Shown here: in pieces, positions 8,854 to 15,860 of the stretch
Position numbering within the stretch: the stretch's first letter is position 1
Layout: the number at the start of each line of letters is the position of its first letter
Origin: Alphaproteobacteria bacterium
GTDB lineage: Bacteria > Pseudomonadota > Alphaproteobacteria > Rs-D84
Assembly (NCBI GenBank): GCA_017642565.1
Contig: JAGCOU010000025.1
Location: 1 to 37,367 of the forward strand
Length of the DNA stretch: 37,367 nt
Direction of reading: 5' to 3'
Translations under genes and position numbers: made by a program
Notes under the pieces: generated by a model
The model's database searches: none
Seen by the model: only the letters and a program-made list of their open reading frames with translations
Told to the model about the DNA's origin: nothing

Positions 8854-8881
8854 TTGACAAATGAATATAAAGGTATATAAT
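8854..8881 (+). promoter_or_regulatory. Consensus sigma70 promoter TTGACA-N16-TATAAT for the tRNA
   Basis: TTGACA at 8854-8859 and TATAAT at 8876-8881. The tRNA 5' end is at 8895. Confidence 0.7.
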
Positions 8882-8894
8882 AGAACATGCTTAT

Positions 8895-8971
<77 letters not shown>

Positions 8972-8982
8972 GTTAAATGAAA

Positions 8983-9009
8983 ATCGCATCGTTTTTGGTG
9001 CGATTTTTA
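8983..9009 (+). terminator. Rho-independent terminator after the tRNA
   Basis: Stem ATCGCA/TGCGAT (8983-8988/8999-9004) followed by TTTTT. Confidence 0.65.
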
Positions 9010-9275
9010 TTTAATTTGTTCTGGGATTATTGGTTTGAAGCATGCAACACAGTTGCTTGGTTCAAAATTTGTATATGAGAACAAGCCTCAAGCGAAGTTC
9101 GAATAACTACAAATTTGCGCACAGCCGGCACATAATGTGCCGAGCGAGCGAAATCCATCTCTCTTATGTTGGGTTTGAACCACCGAAGTAAGGTGGTTCA
9201 GTGCAAGGATTAGACGATTGGAAAGCGCCGGTTTGCCAGAGGCAAAAATCCGCAGCCAATGGAGCGAAGCGGAAT

Positions 9276-9295
9276 AAATCCATCTCCCGCAACCA
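9276..9295 (+). repeat. Direct repeat of the last 20 nt of the tRNA-fMet gene (att-like)
   Basis: AAATCCATCTCCCGCAACCA matches tRNA positions 8952-8971 (AAATCCATATCCCGCAACCA) at 19/20. Its own terminator hairpin GGTGC-AACT-GCACC plus T-run follows at 9312-9332. Confidence 0.8.
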
Positions 9296-9519
9296 CAGAT
9301 TTTTCAAAAAAGGTGCAACTGCACCATTTTTTAATGAAAAATCTAGTGCCGCGCCGTAGCCTTGGCGAAGGCGGGCTAATCATATTTTTGCCCATCGGGG
9401 CAAGTTTTTGTTTGTTTTTCAACACTTACAAAAAAGTTCGAAGGTTATCTTTTTGAAAAGGGCTATTTTTATACTGTTTTTGAACTTTTTGTGGTATAAT
9501 TTACAAAAAAGGGTTGTTT

Positions 9520-10626
9520 ATGGCAAAGATACCATTAATTAAAGAAATGGAAGATTTTTTGTTACAGGATTCCATGCTTCAAGATATAAAATGTATGGAT
9601 AGACTTAATCCGGTTCAAGCAAACCAAAATCAAAAAATGACTCAAGACCAAGTACGACGTGAAATATCTATATTATCACGCATATTGATACGCGCTTATG
9701 TTGGATGGCCTGTACATGATGATATCGTTAAACGCAAAGTATTGGTTTATTTGACCAAATTATATAAAAATGCTGATGATATGACGGTTGGTGAATTTGC
9801 CGATAACATTAGAAAAATCACTTTATATATTCCAGATAATCATTTAACTATCGCTAATGCACGAATAAAAAAAAGAAATCGAAAATGTTTAGATGTTGGT
9901 AAAAATATTGCAGGCGATAAGACTTTTTATGCAACATTACACAAAGATAATATAGCCATTATCGCCTTTTCAACAATGTCAGGTTCTAAACAAGATAAGG
10001 AATTACTAGATGATTTTATAAAAAAACATCTAAATACATCTTCCGCTTTGATTATCGATTTACGTGGTAATGGCGGTGGAGATAATATAAATAGTGATAA
10101 CTTAGCAACATATTTATGCGGAAAATATATCGACAACGCTAAAAAAACATTTGTCAGAACCACACCGGAAGCGAAATGGATTCAACAAAAATATAAACCA
10201 AAGGCAGAATGGGCAAAAATACCAGAATCAGAAAAAATGATGTTATTTGTAAAAGGACAAAGTTTTACAATAAATAAAAAAACAGCCTATATGAAACCTA
10301 TTTATATTTTGACTGATTCTAAAACGGGTTCCAGTGCAGAAATGTTTTTATTACGCATGCTACATCATCCTATGGTAACTGTGATTGGGGATAATTCAAG
10401 AGGAATGGAAGTTTATGGTTGCATGGCACAAACATACTTACCAATAAGCAAATTAATTATAAGAACAGGTATGCATTACAGAATATTGGAATACAATAAT
10501 TTTGAATTACATGGTTATAAACCAGATATAAAATGCAAAGATGGTCAAGATGCTTTCTATGTTGCTTTGTCAAAATATGCAAATCAACTTGGGGCTAATC
10601 AATTAACACAATCAAAACAAAAATAG
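9520..10626 (+). CDS. Peptidase S41 family (tail-specific/C-terminal processing protease-like), no signal peptide
   Basis: IIDLRGNGGG and TDSKTGSSAEMF motifs are present. ATG 9520 is preferred over the track TTG 9514 (SD AAGGG upstream). An extended -10 TGGTATAAT lies at 9492-9500. Confidence 0.75.
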   Translation: MAKIPLIKEMEDFLLQDSMLQDIKCMDRLNPVQANQNQKMTQDQVRREISILSRILIRAYVGWPVHDDIVKRKVLVYLTKLYKNADDMTVGEFADNIRKITLYIPDNHLTIANARIKKRNRKCLDVGKNIAGDKTFYATLHKDNIAIIAFSTMSGSKQDKELLDDFIKKHLNTSSALIIDLRGNGGGDNINSDNLATYLCGKYIDNAKKTFVRTTPEAKWIQQKYKPKAEWAKIPESEKMMLFVKGQSFTINKKTAYMKPIYILTDSKTGSSAEMFLLRMLHHPMVTVIGDNSRGMEVYGCMAQTYLPISKLIIRTGMHYRILEYNNFELHGYKPDIKCKDGQDAFYVALSKYANQLGANQLTQSKQK

Positions 10627-10758
10627 ATTGTCTTTCATTCTATCAATCTCTCGCCCTATTTCCAATAATTCGGCTCGAGAACCGCACACACTGCACAACC
10701 AATACTACTTGTCAAATTATACATTGACAACCGAACCCTCCTTTTTTTTCTTTCCCTG

Positions 10759-10787
10759 TTGCTTTTTAGTTATTTTTATGATATAAT
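10759..10787 (+). promoter_or_regulatory. Promoter-like TTGCTT-N17-(TGa)TATAAT
   Basis: -35 at 10759-10764 and extended -10 TGATATAAT at 10779-10787. The predicted start site falls about 4 nt before the first terminator hairpin. Confidence 0.4.
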
Positions 10788-10797
10788 ATATACCATT

Positions 10798-10821
10798 CGA
10801 CAGGTTGCCTGTCGTTTTTTT
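10798..10821 (+). terminator. Rho-independent terminator 1 (CGACAGG-TTG-CCTGTCG + T7)
   Basis: Perfect 7-bp stem, 3-nt loop and seven T residues at 10815-10821. Confidence 0.75.
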
Positions 10822-10824
10822 ATT

Positions 10825-10851
10825 GCCTGATTTTTATATCAGGCTTTTTTT
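10825..10851 (+). terminator. Rho-independent terminator 2 (GCCTGAT-N6-ATCAGGC + T7)
   Basis: Perfect 7-bp stem, 6-nt loop and seven T residues at 10845-10851. It ends 24 nt before ATG 10876. Confidence 0.75.
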
Positions 10852-10875
10852 ATTTAACCAAAAGGATTTAACAAT

Positions 10876-11394
10876 ATGACAGCGACTGTTAAACAAATAA
10901 GACGCGGCACAGCGGCAGAAAACGATGCCTTTACCGGTGCAATCGGTGAAGTCACTATGGATACAACGAACAAAACACTTCGTGTTCACGATGGTGAAAC
11001 ACTTGGCGGAACGATCTTGGCGAAACAAAGCGAGATACCAACACCATACACTATGCCGAACAATTACGATTTTGTGATTGAATCTCAAGCACCCACAGCA
11101 GAAAACAATTATACTTGGTACCGCAAATACAAAAGTGGCTGGGTTGAACAGGGGCAAAAAATCAAAGAACTTGCCTTTAATACGCCTACATCAGCAACAT
11201 TACCTGTGACAATGGCGAATACGAACTATTATGCTTCGGCTCAACCTGTTCACATTACAACAACAACGATATTTGCAGCAGCATCTACACTTGCCGCATT
11301 AGCGAACACAACTACAACAGTCTTACTTGGACAATATAACACTGCCTCAGCCAGCATGAAAATCAGTTGGGAAGTCAAAGGTATGTCAGCATAA
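10876..11394 (+). CDS. Phage tail-fibre-like protein (Mtd/hyaluronidase-type N-terminal motif plus gp53-like C-terminal region)
   Basis: N-terminus VKQIRRGTAAENDAFTGAIGEVTMDTTNKTLRVHDGETLGG matches the RGT..E....GE...DT....L..GDG.T.GG tail-fibre motif. The central YTWYRKYKSGWVEQG resembles tail-fibre C-terminal domains. SD AAAGGA is present. GC is higher than in flanking DNA. Confidence 0.65.
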   Translation: MTATVKQIRRGTAAENDAFTGAIGEVTMDTTNKTLRVHDGETLGGTILAKQSEIPTPYTMPNNYDFVIESQAPTAENNYTWYRKYKSGWVEQGQKIKELAFNTPTSATLPVTMANTNYYASAQPVHITTTTIFAAASTLAALANTTTTVLLGQYNTASASMKISWEVKGMSA

Positions 11395-11398
11395 AGAA

Positions 11399-11422
11399 CC
11401 GTCAAATATTTGACGGTTTTTT
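11399..11422. terminator. Hairpin CCGTCAA-TATT-TTGACGG + T6 between convergent genes
   Basis: 7-bp stem at 11399-11405/11410-11416 and T-run at 11417-11422. It overlaps the stop codon of the minus-strand gene at 11402. Confidence 0.7.
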
Positions 11423-13084
11423 GGGCAACTTTAATAAGTTACCTAATTTTCTATCCCACTCACAAGGATTAAAAGGTTCCATGCCATTACCAGGATAAAA
11501 AGTCATTTCACCAATATAAAGTTTTTCGTTAACTTCGAAAAAATCAACACGAACAAATGGAAAATCTCTTGATAAAATTTTTGATATTTTCAACATCTCA
11601 TCAAAATTCTTAGGTTTTTTTATTTCGTTTTTTGATACAGGATACATACGATTAAAAGGCAATCTATCCCAATTTAAATCAAAAAAAGTCACCTTTAATC
11701 CGCTTCGTCTTTCGGAACAAACGAATAAATTTTTTGGGATTCCGTCATAGCACATAATTTTATAATCTGGTAAATCATTATTACTAGTTTCTAAAAATTC
11801 TTCAGCAATTATTTTTGGTTTAATATCTTTATAAACATTTTCAAAAGAATAATAGTACCAGTTATTTTCAGGTTTCATCCATTCTTTCAGTTTTGTAACT
11901 GCATCAGAAATATTAAATTTAGTTTTATCATCAACTATGATATTTTGACCGCTACCATGATTTACTTTTAATACGAACTTGTTTGGTAATTTATCAAAAT
12001 CTATATCTTCTGGGTTATCCCATACACCAAGACAAGGAACCAAATATTTTTGACCTATTTTTTCTGCAACATAGTCACGCACACTGATTTTATCAGCACA
12101 TTTTGTCATCAAGGGTTTCAAATAATTCAATTTCAACCATTGCATTTTCTCATTAAAAGTTTTTGGATTATCTATATCTGGTATATATCCAGCCTGTTTA
12201 AAAAATTGATATCTAATAATATCTTTTTTGTCTTCCAAAGTAAGTGTATTGAAAAACCGATTTGCATACAAAGCATTATATTCATCATCAGATAAAATAT
12301 TTTCTTTGTGTTGAATTTTTGCAATATGTCTTTTCACCGCAGCAACAATTTTACCTTCAAAAGTTTTTCCGCTTGGTGCTGAAATATATTCATACTTCCA
12401 CCAATTCAAAGCGTAATCTTTTGATGGAATTTTACTTTGAATCAAAATATAATCATTCGATGGTTTTAATTCTAGCAAAGTATCAATTACCATCAAAGAA
12501 AATTTATTTCTTTTGAAATAATGTTTTAAAACGTTTTTCAATTCATGTAAATCTCGCTGTATTTTATTTATTTTTTCAACGCGTTCTTTTGGAACAACAT
12601 CGTATTCATCTAAAGGTGTTTCATAGTTTGAAAAATCTATAGCGATTACAAAAATAAGATGTTTTTTAGATTTTCTTAAATTTCTAAAATTTTCAACACG
12701 ATGTTTAAAACGTTCTTTTAATTCATCGATTGATTTTAAATCTGTATCATGATTAAAACGAATACTATCATCTTTTTTAGTATAAAAACCACGTGTTTCG
12801 TTCCAAACAACATCAGTAAAATAATTTTTAAAATCTGCTTTTAATAAATCGATTACACCAGGTAAAATATGAACAGCCAAATCAAACGGATAAGATAATT
12901 CGCCGTCTCCTTTTGTTGGTTTAACACCCCAAAGAGTTAATACAGTTCTTGGTAAACAATTAAATCCTAAAGATACGAGTTGATATTTATTAAAAAATCT
13001 TTTTTTATAACTCGCAATTTTTACCCCGCAAAAATAAATATGAACACGACCATTTGGCAAACATTCTTTTTTAAATACTTTCAT
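11402..13084 (-). CDS. Fusion protein: N-terminal DUF1796 (papain-like) domain plus C-terminal TupA-like ATP-grasp domain
   Basis: N-terminal LVSLGFNCLPRTVL...YPFDLAVH resembles DUF1796. C-terminal PNKFVLKVNHGSGQNIIV ... KIMCYDG ... FVRVDFFEVNEKLYIGEMTFYPGNG resembles ATPgrasp_TupA. 560 aa. Confidence 0.65.
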   Translation of the reverse strand: MKVFKKECLPNGRVHIYFCGVKIASYKKRFFNKYQLVSLGFNCLPRTVLTLWGVKPTKGDGELSYPFDLAVHILPGVIDLLKADFKNYFTDVVWNETRGFYTKKDDSIRFNHDTDLKSIDELKERFKHRVENFRNLRKSKKHLIFVIAIDFSNYETPLDEYDVVPKERVEKINKIQRDLHELKNVLKHYFKRNKFSLMVIDTLLELKPSNDYILIQSKIPSKDYALNWWKYEYISAPSGKTFEGKIVAAVKRHIAKIQHKENILSDDEYNALYANRFFNTLTLEDKKDIIRYQFFKQAGYIPDIDNPKTFNEKMQWLKLNYLKPLMTKCADKISVRDYVAEKIGQKYLVPCLGVWDNPEDIDFDKLPNKFVLKVNHGSGQNIIVDDKTKFNISDAVTKLKEWMKPENNWYYYSFENVYKDIKPKIIAEEFLETSNNDLPDYKIMCYDGIPKNLFVCSERRSGLKVTFFDLNWDRLPFNRMYPVSKNEIKKPKNFDEMLKISKILSRDFPFVRVDFFEVNEKLYIGEMTFYPGNGMEPFNPCEWDRKLGNLLKLPKKPSNI

Positions 13085-14027
13085 TTTTATTTTTCCATTT
13101 TATAAATTTTTTTACACCATCTGCGAATTTAGTTTTTGGGGTATATTTTAATAAATTATATGCCTTGGACCAATCACAAACAGTTTTATCTACATCGCCT
13201 GGTTGCAAAGGTTTTTGTTCTATTATTGCTTTACAGCCAATTTCCTGTTCAATAGTTTGTATCATTCTCTTCAAAGTTATTGGCTCTCCACCGCCGAGAT
13301 TTATAATTTCATATCCTGTTTTATTATAATTGATAGCAGCACAAATACCATTTACGATATCATCAATATAAGTATAATCGCGTTTTGTTGTTCCATCTCC
13401 ATACATTTGAATTGGCAAAGATTTTATTATTTTATTTGCGAATTTATGAATTGCTAAATCAGGTCTTTGACGAGGACCATATACAGTAAAAAATCTCAAC
13501 ACAACAACATCTATTCCGTACAAATGATGCCAAGTATAACATAACTGTTCGCATGCAGATTTTGTTGCAGCATAAGGTGATATAGGTTCGGTTACTTTTA
13601 AATCTTCTGAAAAACTTTTTTCTTTGCAATTACCATACACGGACGAAGACGAAGCAAATATTAATTTTTTAACATCATATTTGTGCATACATTCAAGAAT
13701 ATTTACTGTGCCTAGTATATTAGTTTTAACATAATCAAGCGGTCTCTCTAAACTTGGACGAACACCCGCACGCGCAGCCAGATGTATTACAGCATCAAAA
13801 TGGTGTCTTTTGAAAATAGACATTAAATTTTTAATATTTTCAATATTAACTTTATACAGTCTATAGTTTTTATTTTTCTTGTGTGCTGCGATATTAGATT
13901 TTTTAATTTTTATATCATAATAATTATCAAAATTATCAACCACAACTACACTGTGCCCCAAAGACAATAATTTATCGACTAAACTAGATCCTATAAAACC
14001 GGCACCACCAGTAACCAAATATCTCAT
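13071..14027 (-). CDS. NAD-dependent sugar-nucleotide epimerase (UDP-glucuronate 4-epimerase-like, extended SDR)
   Basis: MRYLVTGGAGFIGSSLVDKLL...VVVVDNFDNYYD, plus YAATK (YxxxK). 318 aa. ATGA overlap with the upstream GT gene. Confidence 0.75.
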   Translation of the reverse strand: MRYLVTGGAGFIGSSLVDKLLSLGHSVVVVDNFDNYYDIKIKKSNIAAHKKNKNYRLYKVNIENIKNLMSIFKRHHFDAVIHLAARAGVRPSLERPLDYVKTNILGTVNILECMHKYDVKKLIFASSSSVYGNCKEKSFSEDLKVTEPISPYAATKSACEQLCYTWHHLYGIDVVVLRFFTVYGPRQRPDLAIHKFANKIIKSLPIQMYGDGTTKRDYTYIDDIVNGICAAINYNKTGYEIINLGGGEPITLKRMIQTIEQEIGCKAIIEQKPLQPGDVDKTVCDWSKAYNLLKYTPKTKFADGVKKFIKWKNKNESI

Positions 14028-15169
14028 TTCATAGCCTTTTTTTTAAAACTTGCTATTTTCACACCAAAGAAATAGATACGAACACGACCTTTTTTTGATA
14101 CTGTTTTTTGAAAAATTTTTGTTTTACTTAAATTAATAGTATATTTTAACATGTTTAAAACATCGCGTCTTTCGCGGTTTAGTGTTCCTTGTTTTAAATA
14201 TTGTTTACGCGATTCTCGTTGCATTTGTTCAATCTCAATACTTTTAATTTTTTTCATAGCAGCAACGAGTTGTTCCTTGTCACCAGATTTAATAATAAAA
14301 CCACTAACATTATCAGCAACAATATAATTACTGCCAACCTTGTCTGTAGTTATGATGGCTTTACCGAGCATCGCACCTTCTATCACGGTAAGAGGACAAG
14401 GATCATCCAGCGAAGGAACACATAAAACATCTATGCTGTTAAAAAAGTTTTCTTTTTCAGCACCTTGAACTTGCCCCATCCAAACAACATTTTTATTATT
14501 TTTTGTTAATTTTTTTAATTCTTGTTCTAATGGCAAACCTTCGCACCCAGCGATAATCAAACGCGTATCAGGATTTTCTTTGTTTATTTCTAAAAATGCG
14601 TTAACAAGTAAATCAATACCTTTAACTTGTATAACAGATCCAATATATCCAAATGTTACACCTGATTTTGATTTATGAAATTCATGAAAATTATCAGCAA
14701 TAGCATTAGGAAACCAATGAATATTATCATTATATTTTTTACTTACTGTCGCAGCATATTCAGACACAGTGTAAATATTTTGAAAAGATGTGTATTCTTT
14801 TGCGAATTCAGGATTTTCCCGAATCCAATCATCAACTAATTTTGTTTCACGAATAAACCAAACTAGATTTTTAGTTATATTTTTAAAAAACCTAACAAAT
14901 TTATAAGTCACGATAGTATTACACAATATAAAATCAAAATTTTTTTGTGTTTTATCGTATGCATCAACAATAGCATCATATGAATTATTCACAACAACAG
15001 GACTAAAACCTGCTTCTTCATATCGTGGACGCAAAGGACCATCTGCCAAAGTCCAAACAGTTACATCGTGTCCAGCTTGTTTAAAATACTTTGCTTGACG
15101 CAACAAAGAATTTGGTGCACCACAAACATTCAAATCATGTGAAATCAAAAGAATATTTTTCTTTTTCAT
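14024..15169 (-). CDS. Glycosyltransferase, GT4/GT-B fold
   Basis: Glycos_transf_1-like C-terminal half (VLCVPSLDDPCPLTVIEGAMLGKAIITTDKVG). 381 aa. Confidence 0.8.
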   Translation of the reverse strand: MKKKNILLISHDLNVCGAPNSLLRQAKYFKQAGHDVTVWTLADGPLRPRYEEAGFSPVVVNNSYDAIVDAYDKTQKNFDFILCNTIVTYKFVRFFKNITKNLVWFIRETKLVDDWIRENPEFAKEYTSFQNIYTVSEYAATVSKKYNDNIHWFPNAIADNFHEFHKSKSGVTFGYIGSVIQVKGIDLLVNAFLEINKENPDTRLIIAGCEGLPLEQELKKLTKNNKNVVWMGQVQGAEKENFFNSIDVLCVPSLDDPCPLTVIEGAMLGKAIITTDKVGSNYIVADNVSGFIIKSGDKEQLVAAMKKIKSIEIEQMQRESRKQYLKQGTLNRERRDVLNMLKYTINLSKTKIFQKTVSKKGRVRIYFFGVKIASFKKKAMK

Positions 15170-15174
15170 TTTTA

Positions 15175-15858
15175 TTAACTCTTTTTAAGTGTTTGTTTAT
15201 CATAAGTCAACGGACTTGCGCCGTTCCAAGTAATTCCTGTTTTAACTACACGTGCTGGATTACCAGCTATAACAACATGTTTTTCTGTAAACTTCTTGGT
15301 AACAACTGAGCCGATACCAACTATACAATCTTCCGATATCTCTGCGCTCTTTGTAATACTAACATTTTGACCAATCCAACAATGATTACCAATTTTTAGT
15401 GTTCCTTTTGGTTTATTTAATACAGATTTTGTTTCTAAATCTAAAACACTATGTCCATCACCAGCCCAAATAATAATATCATTGGCAAACAAACATTCTT
15501 TACCAATTTGTAAACTTCCCCCAACTGCGGATATATATGTGCTAATACACATTGTTTTTTCACCAATCTCAATAGAACAGTTACCGTCAAAACAAGAAAC
15601 ATTCCACTGCCCCATACAATACCGATGAAAAACAACAGTATTATTATCACTAATAAAATTAATATATAAACTTAATTTTGGATTATATGGTAATTCTAGT
15701 TTTACAACATTGTTTTTTCCCTGGTTATTTATACGAATGTTAAAAACTTCATCAGACCTAGGTTTTCTTTCTATACCATCTTCAATGACAACCAAATTAT
15801 CATAATTAATAACTTTATTAATAACTTTATTTTCAGTCTTTTTAAAAAACCATTTCAT
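15175..15858 (-). CDS. Left-handed beta-helix (hexapeptide repeat) O-acetyltransferase
   Basis: C-terminal IGNHCWIGQNVSITKSAEISEDCIVGIGSVVTKKF...VIAGNPARVV is typical of LacA/WbbJ-like acetyltransferases. Confidence 0.75.
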   Translation of the reverse strand: MKWFFKKTENKVINKVINYDNLVVIEDGIERKPRSDEVFNIRINNQGKNNVVKLELPYNPKLSLYINFISDNNTVVFHRYCMGQWNVSCFDGNCSIEIGEKTMCISTYISAVGGSLQIGKECLFANDIIIWAGDGHSVLDLETKSVLNKPKGTLKIGNHCWIGQNVSITKSAEISEDCIVGIGSVVTKKFTEKHVVIAGNPARVVKTGITWNGASPLTYDKQTLKKS

Positions 15859-15860
15859 TA

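Noticed and set aside
9010-9420. Possible tmRNA (including a permuted two-piece form), RNase P RNA or SRP RNA
   Set aside because: The CCA-ending fragment is 19/20 identical to tRNA-fMet rather than alanine-acceptor-like. No complementary 5' acceptor strand is present. No GGAAGCAG (SRP) or GAGGAAAGTCC / ACAGAA...GGCTTA (RNase P) conserved blocks were seen.
9210-9456. Two ORFs (9210..9425 minus, 9259..9456 plus) in the tRNA-proximal spacer
   Set aside because: They overlap each other on opposite strands and run through the tRNA 3'-end repeat and terminator hairpins. They have no SD and no recognisable protein features.
10834-11157. 107-aa minus-strand ORF antisense to the fibre-like gene
   Set aside because: It lies entirely within a better-supported plus-strand gene that has an SD and recognisable motifs. 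Its product is Cys/Phe-rich with no features.
10627-11394. Diversity-generating retroelement targeting the Mtd-like fibre gene
   Set aside because: There is no reverse transcriptase anywhere in the window. The only candidate template-like similarity (10690-10720 vs 11310-11340) is short and weak.
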